Origin: Candidatus Thalassarchaeum betae
GTDB lineage: Archaea > Thermoplasmatota > Poseidoniia > Poseidoniales > Thalassarchaeaceae
Assembly: GCA_003193925.1 (NCBI GenBank)
Contig: PSPG01000003.1
Span: 32,001-96,000 of the forward strand
Length of the DNA: 64,000 nt
Reading direction: 5' to 3'
A program made the position numbers and the translations under genes. The notes under the pieces are model-generated. The model was not told the origin of the DNA and did no database searches. It saw only the letters and a list, made by a program, of their open reading frames with translations. Shown here one piece after another: positions 55,295-64,000 of the stretch (the stretch's first letter is position 1; every line of letters begins with the position of its first letter).

Positions 55295-56185
55295 ATGAGT
55301 TTCTCCGGGACCGTGTCAAAGGCTTCGCATGAAGGAGGTCTTCTCATTGCCTTCGAGGGACGAGCCCCCAGACTCGGCGCCGCCATTCGGGTGGTCGGCG
55401 GCAAGACGCTGGGGCAGGTCGAAACGGTGATTGGCTCCGCCGGCGACCCGCTGATTCACATTCACCCTCTGTCAGAGGACGTGGATGCAAGGAGCGCCAT
55501 CGGCTCGCCGGTCGAAATCGCCCCCCGTGGGAGAGCGAACCGAGGCCACCGGGACAAGCGACCCGGACCGGACCGCTTCAGGAGGGAGCGAGGGGGCAAG
55601 TCCGATGGCGACAGGGACTCGCACATGAGGCCGGGCGACTGGCGCTGCCCGAAATGCAAAAACCACAATTACGCAAACAAGAAGGTCTGCAATCGAACTG
55701 GTTGTGAAGAGCCGAAACCGAGAGGCGGTGGCGGAAGAGACAGGGATTCTCGTAGCTATCGATCTAGTAACTCGGGTGGTTTCAGAGACTCAAATATGAA
55801 GCCGGGCGACTGGCGCTGCCCGAAATGCAAAAACCGCAATTTCGCAAACAAGAAGGTCTGCAATCGAACTGGTTGTGAAGAGCCGAAACCGAGAGGCGGT
55901 GGCGGAAGAGGCGGGGATTCTCGTGGCCATCGATCTAGTAACTCGAGTGGTTTCAGAGACTCAAATATGAAGCCAGGGGACTGGAATTGCCCGAAGTGCA
56001 ACAACCACAATTACGCGAGACGGGACGTTTGCAACCGCTGCGACACGAGAAAACCTGTGCCTGGGAGAGGATCCAAGACGACACCTCGGAGAGCGCGCAG
56101 ACCCCACACTCGTATGAATTGGAAAGGGAAGGGGCCTTCCAAAGGTAGGAGGAACACACCTGCCAGAGGCGGAAGAGGTCGCTGA
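55295..56185 (+). CDS. Gar1/Naf1-like domain fused to three RanBP2-type zinc fingers with RGG-rich linkers
   Basis: The N-terminus (G.V......G.LI......PRLG......K.LG.V..VIG....P...I.P) resembles archaeal Gar1. It is followed by three copies of PGDWxCPKCxNxN(Y/F)A...CNR. Confidence 0.8.
   Translation: MSFSGTVSKASHEGGLLIAFEGRAPRLGAAIRVVGGKTLGQVETVIGSAGDPLIHIHPLSEDVDARSAIGSPVEIAPRGRANRGHRDKRPGPDRFRRERGGKSDGDRDSHMRPGDWRCPKCKNHNYANKKVCNRTGCEEPKPRGGGGRDRDSRSYRSSNSGGFRDSNMKPGDWRCPKCKNRNFANKKVCNRTGCEEPKPRGGGGRGGDSRGHRSSNSSGFRDSNMKPGDWNCPKCNNHNYARRDVCNRCDTRKPVPGRGSKTTPRRARRPHTRMNWKGKGPSKGRRNTPARGGRGR
55625..56045 (+). repeat. 171-bp tandem repeat (57 aa), about 2.5 copies
   Basis: Units start at ATG 55625, 55796 and 55967. 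The first two are nearly identical in DNA; the third is partial and diverged. Confidence 0.92.
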
Positions 56186-56238
56186 TTCGGAATTTCAGGT
56201 ACCCCAGCCTTCATGCATTATCAGCGCCAGCGGGTGCT

Positions 56239-57309
56239 ATGGCCAAAAGCGCCGAGTTGACTTGGCTCGATGCGTTGGAGGCCGAGGAGTCGGGCGACAG
56301 GGAAGCCGCCCTCGAAGCCGCCAAGGAGACGGTGAGAATCGACCCGGGACACTCCGACGGGTGGATGGGGGTGGCCCGCTGGACCCTCCCTCTCGAGGTC
56401 AAGGGCCGGCAGGAGATGCCGAACCTGCAGCAGTCTGCCAAGGCCATGGCCGCCCTTCGTAAGGTCGTGGAGATCGACCCTGAGAATTCCGATGCTTGGA
56501 GGCTTGGAGGGGTGCTGTTGGTCGACCACCTTGGGATGCTTGAAGATGGCATCAGGTGGTGGGAGGCGCGGCGCGTGGTCGCGCCGTACGAGGTAGTACC
56601 CCTCATCGAGCAGATTGGGATACTCGTCAGGCTCGGTTACTACGAGGAGTGCGCCTTTCTCCTCGAGGAGCTGTTCAGCGAGGGTATGGATGCGACCGAC
56701 CGCAAGCAACTGGCCCAGATGGAGGCAGCCAGGCGCATGGTCTCCAGAGCTGCGAAGATGGAGAAGGACGAGATATTCAAGCCCCAGAACCCCAAGCACC
56801 CCCGTTGGGCCATTATCGGGAGGATGAAGAAAAAGAAGCCCATGTCTGACACCTTCTTCCTGTTCACCTTCATCGCTCCGTTGGTATTCATCCTCGGTAC
56901 TCTAGCCATGTACGCAATAGGCGACTCGACCTCGGGCAGCATACTCGTCTTCCTGTTCATACTGCTCTCGTTCATGGCGATCTCACGCCTCACATCGGGT
57001 TTTCTGCACAAGCTGAATCGGCATGCTCTCGACCTTGACCGGGCGATAGACGTTGAGACCAGCGCCGGCAAGGTCTGCATTCCCACCTCGATAAGGGCGA
57101 GCAAGCTGTACCTGGCGATGACGAAGAAGCGGATGCCAGGACTCAATGAGAGGCTCGAACTGATCGTCGAGTCGGGGGACAAGCTGTCAATCAGGTGGAA
57201 GCCAGAGATGCCGGACTTTGCCCCCGAGGAAGGCCACGAGAATCCCTGGTGGGCCGAAGGGGATGAGTCGGGGGCAGAGCAGGGGGACCTAGAGCCGCTC
57301 GAGGACTAG
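56239..57309 (+). CDS. TPR-repeat membrane protein
   Basis: ETVRIDPGHSDGW and KVVEIDPENSDAW TPR-like helices, plus two TM segments. Confidence 0.75.
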   Translation: MAKSAELTWLDALEAEESGDREAALEAAKETVRIDPGHSDGWMGVARWTLPLEVKGRQEMPNLQQSAKAMAALRKVVEIDPENSDAWRLGGVLLVDHLGMLEDGIRWWEARRVVAPYEVVPLIEQIGILVRLGYYEECAFLLEELFSEGMDATDRKQLAQMEAARRMVSRAAKMEKDEIFKPQNPKHPRWAIIGRMKKKKPMSDTFFLFTFIAPLVFILGTLAMYAIGDSTSGSILVFLFILLSFMAISRLTSGFLHKLNRHALDLDRAIDVETSAGKVCIPTSIRASKLYLAMTKKRMPGLNERLELIVESGDKLSIRWKPEMPDFAPEEGHENPWWAEGDESGAEQGDLEPLED

Positions 57310-58610
57310 GTCCCAAAACTGAAGTCACTGCCGTACGCTATCTGTTCGGGGGTGAGCTCATCGATGGTGACGCCTGTGGTCTCCAGCTTCAGAGCAGCCA
57401 GTTCACTGTCCTGCTCCACGCTGATGTCGTAGACCCTGTTCTCGTAGTTCCCGCCTTCCGAGGCGAGGCGGCAGAGAGCGAGGAACTGGTTCGCGAATGA
57501 CATGTCCATGACCTCGCTGGGGTGGCCCTCGGCTGCTGCGAGGTTCACCAGACGCCCGCGCGCGAGCAGGTAGATGGTGCGGCCGTCGGGCATCAGGAAG
57601 GCCTCGTTGTTCTCCCTCACAGCGTGGAACCCGTCGGCCTTCGACTCGATGTCGGGGATGTTTATCTCACAGTCGTAGTGGCCCGTGTTGCAGACGATGG
57701 CTCCGTCCTTCATCAAGTCGAAGTGGCGGCCCACGATGACATCCTTCATCCCAGTGGCGGTGCAGAAGATGTCGCCGATGACTGCCGCCTCGTCCATCCT
57801 CATGACCCTGAATCCATCCATCAGCGCCCGCAGTGCGGGCAGTGGGTCCACCTCGGTCACGATGACGTTCGCTCCCATTCCGCGGGCCCGAACTGCGAGA
57901 CCCATGCCGCAGTGGCCGTAGCCCGCGATGACGAAGTTCTTGCCCGCCAGCAGCACGCTGGTCGCCCTGATTATACCGTCGAGAGTGGACTGGCCAGTGC
58001 CGTGCACGTTGTCAAAGTCCCACTTGGTGGCCGCGTCGTTCACCGCTATGACCGGGTAGAGCAGCTCGCCTGCGACGGCCATAGCGCGCAGCCTGTGCAC
58101 CCCGGTCGTGGTCTCCTCGGTGCCGCCGATGATTCTCTCGGCGAGCTCGGGGAAGCGGCTGTGGACCCTGTAAATCAGATCCGCACCGTCATCCAGAGTG
58201 AGCGTGGGGCGGAGTTCGAGGGTTCGGTCGATGCACTGGTAGAACTCCTCTGTGTCCTGTCCGTGCCATGCGTGGACTCCATATCCCTCTCGCGCCAGCC
58301 ACGCCGCCACGTCGTCCTGCGTGGACAGGGGGTTGCACCCTGACCACGAAATCTCGGCACCGGCTGCAGCCAGTGTCTCGACGAGGACAGCCGTCTCCTT
58401 GGTCACGTGCAGGCAACCGGCCACGCGCTGGCCGGCTAGCGGCTTCTCAGCCTCCGCATTCGCGCGCAGTTCCGCCAGTGCAGGCATCCTGCTGCGCGCC
58501 CAAGCCACGCGCCTCCCACCGGACTCGGCCAAGGAGATATCGGCTACGGTGTGTGGTCCGGAGGTGTCCACAATCTGTGCTGACATCACCCGGTCTTCAA
58601 GGTGCGTCAT
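57306..58610 (-). CDS. ahcY: Adenosylhomocysteinase
   Basis: GCLHVTKET, CNPLSTQD, DDGADL, EETTTG, FDNVHGTGQS, GRLVNL, GHPSEVMDMSFANQ. The start may be 58586. Confidence 0.97.
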   Translation of the reverse strand: MTHLEDRVMSAQIVDTSGPHTVADISLAESGGRRVAWARSRMPALAELRANAEAEKPLAGQRVAGCLHVTKETAVLVETLAAAGAEISWSGCNPLSTQDDVAAWLAREGYGVHAWHGQDTEEFYQCIDRTLELRPTLTLDDGADLIYRVHSRFPELAERIIGGTEETTTGVHRLRAMAVAGELLYPVIAVNDAATKWDFDNVHGTGQSTLDGIIRATSVLLAGKNFVIAGYGHCGMGLAVRARGMGANVIVTEVDPLPALRALMDGFRVMRMDEAAVIGDIFCTATGMKDVIVGRHFDLMKDGAIVCNTGHYDCEINIPDIESKADGFHAVRENNEAFLMPDGRTIYLLARGRLVNLAAAEGHPSEVMDMSFANQFLALCRLASEGGNYENRVYDISVEQDSELAALKLETTGVTIDELTPEQIAYGSDFSFGT

Positions 58611-58634
58611 AGGGAAGCCGCCCGGCGGCCCGCG

Positions 58635-61600
58635 TCAACCGCCGTCTCTGCGTTGCTGTTCGTAGTACTGGGCGTAGTACTGCTGAGCGTACTGTCTGGC
58701 CGTCTGCTCGTCGTAACCGGAGGCGACCATCTGCTGGACGTAGGCCTCGACCGGGTCCATCTCTTCGACGCCACCGAACTGCTCGACTGTGTCCTCGCCC
58801 GAGTCCTCTTTGCCTCGGCCGCGCATTACCACGGTTACAACGACAACCAGCAGGAGGATGACCACACCTATTCCTCCTATCAAGAGCATGCTCATGCCCT
58901 CGCCCTGGTCCTTCGATAGCACAGGAAGGTCTGGCAGGAGGTTGATGGCCAGCGTGTCTGAGATGACGTACCGGCTGCCGTCACCCTCGGTGATGCGCAC
59001 GTAGATGGTGGCAGCGACGCCGGTTTCCTGGTACAGGTCGGAGATGTCCAGAGTCAGGGTGAACTGCTGCCCGTCAGCGAGGAGTCCTGTCTTGTTGTAC
59101 TTGCCAATCGACTTCTGGGTGATCTTCTGGGTCGTCGTGTAGTCGAGGACGGCCTCGGTGAGGGCGACTTCGATGACGACATCGCTGTTCTCAGCGCCCG
59201 AGACGAGGCTTCCCGTGATCGTCACGAGGTCCTCGCTCTGGGAGTCTTGGGGCCTTGGCTTGGTGAAGTCCACGACAGGCTCGTCGTCGCCGAAGTCCTC
59301 TCCGACGACAACGAAGTACATCCTGGCCTTCTGGCTCTGCTTGCCGGCCTTGTCGTAGACAATCAGCTCGACGCGGATCTGGTTCTCGAGATTGCCGTCA
59401 GGGCTGCTGGTCAGGTTCCTGAACACATACGTCCAGTCGTCGCCGGCTGCTGCGGGAATCTGGAACTCGTGACCCTGCAGAGTCGGGTTCTGGCTGTCCC
59501 AGGGGTAGTCGAAGAAGACCTTCCACTCGTATAGCACAACGCCCTTCTCACCCTCAGGGGCATCGGGGTCGTAGCTGTCCTGCGCAGTGAAAGAGATGCT
59601 CAGGTCGCCCGTGTCTGACAGTCTGGTCCTGTAGACTGGCCAATCGACTCCGGCTACGGTCTTGGTGCCGTCCAGAGTGACGTACTCGTCGGTGACCTCG
59701 TTCTCGATCATGGAGGCGCTGGCGATGGGCCTGAATTCGTCGGCGAGGGTGTCATCGGTCACTAGGCGGATGTAGGTGATCCTAGTGTGGCCCTCCCCAT
59801 CGTGCAGGTACAGGGTCAGCATCCACTCGGCGCCAATCCTGCAGCCTGTGTCCGAGGTGGTGTCTCCGACGCAGAACGAGCCCAGAGTCGGTATGGATGG
59901 GTTGAGCTGCTGGGTGTGGCTAAACTCCCCAGCGTCGATAATCGAGCCGTCCCAACCAGTGACCGAGTCGTTGTTACCGGACTCAAGGGTCCAGTCTGCG
60001 ACGACGCCCTCGGCGGTGGTGACATAGCTGAAGTCGAGGTCGGAATTGCTCTTGATGTACATCGTAGCGTAGGCCCCGGTCACCGTGTCAATCGAAGGCG
60101 CCTCACCGTTGATGGACAGATCGAAGCTCTCGCCCGCTATACCGAAGTCGAGCGGGTACGGAGTCAAGTGGTAGGCGAGCATGTTCGACAGCAGGGGCAT
60201 CGACGAGCCGCCGTACTCCTCCGAGACACTCGGGTTCTCCACGTCGATCGTGGTGACGATCAACCCGCCGGCACCGCGATTGCACACGGACAGCAGGGAC
60301 TGGGTCTCGTAGTTAGTGTCACGGATCAGCGTGTGGAATGTGCCAACGGGGTCGCTGATGCGACCGCCGCAAACCTGCGGTATCTGGGTCCCCTGGACCT
60401 GTGCAGTGTCGAGGCCAGCAAGAGCGACGTAGGAGCCGCCGTGGACCCCGCTGAAAGCCACCGGGTCGACGTTGCTCAGAATCGGGTGGAACTGGTCGAT
60501 GATGGTCAGGTTGCTGTAGTGGATCCTGTTGTCGACGGTGAAGTTAGCCTGGTTCCTCATGGCGATGTCCATGCCGAAGGGCAGCCTGTTGGGCTGGTAC
60601 TCGTTCCTGTACGGCCCGAGGTGAATCTGCACCGTGCCGCCGCCGGTCATGTAATCCTCTAGGGTCTCAGTGACGGTGAGGCCATCGCTCTCGCGAGTCT
60701 CGTCGAGCTTCTCGTAGTAGTCACCGTAGTAGACGTTGTAGTCGGTCTGCCATGGCAGCAGTACCTTGTCGTAGTGCTCGACCCAATCGGGCGTGGCGTA
60801 GGTGTCCCAGTTCTCCATTTGCAGCTGGGTGTAGGTCTTGCCCATCGCCTCGAGGTCCCTCTTCACACTCTGCAGGCGGTTCTGATCAGTCGGGTTGGAC
60901 AGGACAGCCACGTCGATCTGTTCGAAGAACTGGATCTCGAAGTAGCGGTCGTTGCCCGAGCGCTCGTTGTCCTCGGTCAGCGTCCCGTAGAAGCTGATGT
61001 TGTAGGTGTGGCCGTCGTACCACGAGTTGTATGGATTGGTCCAGTTGGCCTGGTCCCTCGCGTGAGGCTCGAGGTCGAACGGCCCGTTGTCGCAGTCCTC
61101 CTCGTAGACTGTCTGGCCTGTGTCAAGGTCGACTATCTTCATCGTGATCTGGTACTCGCCTGCGATGACGCCGTTAAGCAGTGGCACAGCGAAGCTGTGG
61201 GCCGAGGCGTCATCGATCGGGTAGACGCACTCGTAGGTGATGTCGGCGACGCACTCGAGCACGTCGGGCTGCATCAGGGTGATGTCCGCGCTCGCGATGC
61301 TGAAGATGATGGAGGAGTGGTTGTTCGCGATGTTGACCTCGGACTCGTTGTACCATGAGGTAAGCGGGTCCGTGTTGTCGAAGATGGTGGTCACGTCGAT
61401 CTTGTAGATGCCGCTCTGGAAGTCGTGCGTGGCGAGGTTGACCTGCTGGCGCTGTGCGGCGTCGAGGCCGGTGACGTCGACTGTGTAGGTGCCATCGTCC
61501 TCGAAGGTGAACTCCTCGACGCGGATGTTGTCGATGCCGAAACCGGCCAGGCCGGCGTTGCCGTTGACGCCGTCGTCGTTGGACTGGAATCTCCAAGTCA

Positions 61601-64000
61601 GAGACACCTCGGAGCCAGCGAGGGTCGTGCACTCGTCCCTCCACTCGGAGGTGTCCTCGTTAGTGCGGTTGAGTATGACGATGTGAGTCAGGTCGACGGT
61701 CACCGACTTGAGGATGTTCTCGGAGTCGAACCAGACCACTGAGTTGATTCTGTCAGAGTGGTCGCCGAAGTACTCGACCTCGTCGTACCCGTTCAGGTCG
61801 AAGTCCTCACAGCGATGGAAGTTCGGGTCGTCCGGGTTGGTGTTCTGAATGCCGTTCTCGTTGAGGTCGGTCCAAGTTCCGTACACCACGCCCTCGAACA
61901 CCTCACCCTGCTTGGTCCAGGTAATCTCGAGGTTTGCTGCGTCCCGGATGGCCAGTATGTTGCCGTTGCTGTCCTTGAGATAGTCCCCTTCAGCGTAGTA
62001 GTCGTAGGTCAGGTAGGTGAAGTCGGCTCCTGTCGATGCGACCGGGATTGGATCCAGTGTCAGCGTCTCGTTCCAATTGTCGCCGTAGCCGTCACTCGGG
62101 TGGCCCAGCCAGTAGGCGTGGCTGTTGAACACGCCGCGGTTCTGTGGCAGCATGTCGTTCGAGCCGGTGGAGTCGTCCAGCCTGCTGCCGTTCTCGTTGC
62201 CGTCGTCGGTCCACATCGGCTCGATGCCCGAGAAGTCCTCGATAGCGACGAGATCGGGTTCGGCGTTCTGGATGAAGGCCTCGACCTGGAAGTCTGTCAC
62301 CGTGTTGCCGCAGTTCTGCACGCGCACCTCCACGTCCCTCTCGCCCGAGGCGTACCTGACGCCGTTCTCGAGGTCAACCCAGTGCTCCTCTGCGAGGCAC
62401 GGGTCGAACAGGTTGTTCACTGTCAGCTGGAATCTGATATCGTCGTTGAGGCCGTCCATGTCGATGAATCCGGACGGGTTGGTCAGCTCGGTCTTGACGT
62501 AGTAGGTCCTGTTGTCTATGAAGTCCGCAGTCAGGCTTACCTCCTCGGAGGCGCCGGCCGCGAAGTCGTTGAAGATGAGTTGCTGCGAGACTGTCTCGGT
62601 CGACCCGAAGGTGACGTCCCTCTTCCTGATGGTTATGTTGTCGAAGGCGAAGCCGTCCAGACCGGTGTCCTGAGATGACCCAACGGGTCCAACGGAGCCC
62701 ATCAGGCCGCTGCGGAAGCGGAAGCGGATGTCGATGACCTGCCCTGCGTAGCGCGTGAGGTCGATTGACTCCAACTCATTGGGGTCTTCCGAAGTGCCTC
62801 CGCCCTCAGTGTAGTTGATCCATCCTGTAGCAGTGTTGGCGAAGTTGTTGCCATTGTAGGTGTTGTACTCCGGGTCGACACCCTGCCAGTAAATGCGGAA
62901 GAAGCGCTCGTTGTCCCAGCCGCCGTTGAAGAAGACGGACTCCCAACCGTTGCCCTCGGACCAGACCTCGATGCCGCAAGAGTCCTCGTACAGCCAGCGC
63001 TCCACCACCGAGTACTGCTCGGCGAGATAGAGTTCGAAGTAGGCGGTGGTGCACATGACCGAGAGGTCCATGTACGCCGCATCGGCCCCGGTCAGGTCGA
63101 CGTTTTCGAGAATCAGTGCCTCGTCCATATTGTTGTAGTATCCAGAATCGCTCTCGTTGTCTCCGTTGTAGTCGATGCCGGCCCAGTAGTAGTCGGTGGG
63201 GTTGCTGTCGGCCTCGTACCAAGAGACATTCTCGGTAGCCGCAGTCGAGTTGCTCTCGATGTGCCACGAGGATGCCCCGGTTTCGTACATTCCGGTGTAG
63301 GAGTTCTTGACGAAGGCGCAGTTGGCGCAGTTAGTCGTGTCCTCGTTGCCCTCGAAGTCGTTGGAGTAGACCACGGTGTCGGTTCCGCCGACGACCTCCT
63401 TGACCTCGAGATCGACGTTGATGGAGCCTGTCAGCGGGTTAAGTCCCGTGTTCTTCACGGTCACGTTGACCCATCTCGTTCCCTCGCCGATCTCGGCCTG
63501 TCCAGTGGCGGGATTGTAGGACGCAGGCGCGATGGTGACCTCGGTGATGCCGACATCCTCGTTGTCGAGCGTGAGTACTGAGAGGAAGTCTCCAGCGCCG
63601 GCCCACCCTTGGGTGTCCAGCCACATCGCGTTGTCGGCGAATCTGTAGCCGTAGTCGCGCTGTCCGATGACGATCTCGTAGGCGCTCTCGTCACCGCCTT
63701 GCAATTGGGCGGGGATTGCCATGGTAGGCCGGCGGCCTACGTTGAACGAGAGTGACGAGAGGTAACCGGGCCCGCTGGGGTCGGCGAGGATGATCTCTAC
63801 CGAGTTGATCTCGCGCAGGTTGTCGAGCAGCAGGTAGGTCTGGTTCTGTGCGGTCGAGTCCTGCAGACGGGTCAGGGTGACCTCGGTCGGCACGAAGAAG
63901 TCGACCTCGCCGTCTCGGTTGATGTCGACGATGGTAAGCGAGGCGCCGAGGTAGTCGCCGAGATAGACGTAGTTCTGGGTGCTCCAGCTGCTGCCGCTCT
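58635..64000 (-). CDS. Giant multidomain cell-surface protein (5' end outside the window, >1780 aa)
   Basis: The frame stays open to 64000, with the FG-GAP-like VDINRDGEVDF. It has CARDB-like segments, two jelly-roll-like units ending GFAFDNITI and GFGIDNIRV, a PKD-like DSYDPD...YEW, a C-terminal TM and a cytoplasmic tail. Confidence 0.88.
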   Translation of the reverse strand, partial: SGSSWSTQNYVYLGDYLGASLTIVDINRDGEVDFFVPTEVTLTRLQDSTAQNQTYLLLDNLREINSVEIILADPSGPGYLSSLSFNVGRRPTMAIPAQLQGGDESAYEIVIGQRDYGYRFADNAMWLDTQGWAGAGDFLSVLTLDNEDVGITEVTIAPASYNPATGQAEIGEGTRWVNVTVKNTGLNPLTGSINVDLEVKEVVGGTDTVVYSNDFEGNEDTTNCANCAFVKNSYTGMYETGASSWHIESNSTAATENVSWYEADSNPTDYYWAGIDYNGDNESDSGYYNNMDEALILENVDLTGADAAYMDLSVMCTTAYFELYLAEQYSVVERWLYEDSCGIEVWSEGNGWESVFFNGGWDNERFFRIYWQGVDPEYNTYNGNNFANTATGWINYTEGGGTSEDPNELESIDLTRYAGQVIDIRFRFRSGLMGSVGPVGSSQDTGLDGFAFDNITIRKRDVTFGSTETVSQQLIFNDFAAGASEEVSLTADFIDNRTYYVKTELTNPSGFIDMDGLNDDIRFQLTVNNLFDPCLAEEHWVDLENGVRYASGERDVEVRVQNCGNTVTDFQVEAFIQNAEPDLVAIEDFSGIEPMWTDDGNENGSRLDDSTGSNDMLPQNRGVFNSHAYWLGHPSDGYGDNWNETLTLDPIPVASTGADFTYLTYDYYAEGDYLKDSNGNILAIRDAANLEITWTKQGEVFEGVVYGTWTDLNENGIQNTNPDDPNFHRCEDFDLNGYDEVEYFGDHSDRINSVVWFDSENILKSVTVDLTHIVILNRTNEDTSEWRDECTTLAGSEVSLTWRFQSNDDGVNGNAGLAGFGIDNIRVEEFTFEDDGTYTVDVTGLDAAQRQQVNLATHDFQSGIYKIDVTTIFDNTDPLTSWYNESEVNIANNHSSIIFSIASADITLMQPDVLECVADITYECVYPIDDASAHSFAVPLLNGVIAGEYQITMKIVDLDTGQTVYEEDCDNGPFDLEPHARDQANWTNPYNSWYDGHTYNISFYGTLTEDNERSGNDRYFEIQFFEQIDVAVLSNPTDQNRLQSVKRDLEAMGKTYTQLQMENWDTYATPDWVEHYDKVLLPWQTDYNVYYGDYYEKLDETRESDGLTVTETLEDYMTGGGTVQIHLGPYRNEYQPNRLPFGMDIAMRNQANFTVDNRIHYSNLTIIDQFHPILSNVDPVAFSGVHGGSYVALAGLDTAQVQGTQIPQVCGGRISDPVGTFHTLIRDTNYETQSLLSVCNRGAGGLIVTTIDVENPSVSEEYGGSSMPLLSNMLAYHLTPYPLDFGIAGESFDLSINGEAPSIDTVTGAYATMYIKSNSDLDFSYVTTAEGVVADWTLESGNNDSVTGWDGSIIDAGEFSHTQQLNPSIPTLGSFCVGDTTSDTGCRIGAEWMLTLYLHDGEGHTRITYIRLVTDDTLADEFRPIASASMIENEVTDEYVTLDGTKTVAGVDWPVYRTRLSDTGDLSISFTAQDSYDPDAPEGEKGVVLYEWKVFFDYPWDSQNPTLQGHEFQIPAAAGDDWTYVFRNLTSSPDGNLENQIRVELIVYDKAGKQSQKARMYFVVVGEDFGDDEPVVDFTKPRPQDSQSEDLVTITGSLVSGAENSDVVIEVALTEAVLDYTTTQKITQKSIGKYNKTGLLADGQQFTLTLDISDLYQETGVAATIYVRITEGDGSRYVISDTLAINLLPDLPVLSKDQGEGMSMLLIGGIGVVILLLVVVVTVVMRGRGKEDSGEDTVEQFGGVEEMDPVEAYVQQMVASGYDEQTARQYAQQYYAQYYEQQRRDGG

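Noticed and set aside
55625-56045. CRISPR array
   Set aside because: The units are 171 bp, in frame and coding, with no unique spacers and no cas genes.

Overview
A gene-dense, GC-rich (roughly 60-65% by eye) archaeal chromosomal segment. It most likely comes from Marine Group II Euryarchaeota (Ca. Poseidoniales, probably the GC-rich MGIIb). This is inferred from archaeal-type RibB/RibL, the archaeal ADH shikimate route, a Gar1-like gene and PGF-CTERM-like surface proteins, mixed with bacterial-type GpsA and riboflavin synthase. The window holds about 48 CDS and two tandem tRNA-Leu genes. I see no IS, integrase, CRISPR array or rRNA. Housekeeping content includes PolX-PHP (partial), a membrane pyrophosphatase, the rib operon, trxB, moeB, an aro cluster, xth, gpsA and ahcY. 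The most unusual items are: (1) a single 1274-aa polypeptide joining a secreted subtilase to an AmpG-like MFS permease; (2) an archaeal Gar1-like domain fused to three RanBP2/ZRANB2-type zinc fingers and RGG-rich linkers, encoded by a 171-bp tandem repeat; (3) an hcrCAB-like molybdoenzyme with nearby mocA-like and xdhC maturation genes; (4) a 2-oxoacid dehydrogenase E1 alpha-beta fusion with an N-terminal Zn ribbon; (5) a doubly anchored surface protein with two four-EF-hand blocks and an LDL-receptor class A-like motif; (6) a PolX with an altered third catalytic position. All calls come from motif recognition by eye; no database search was run.
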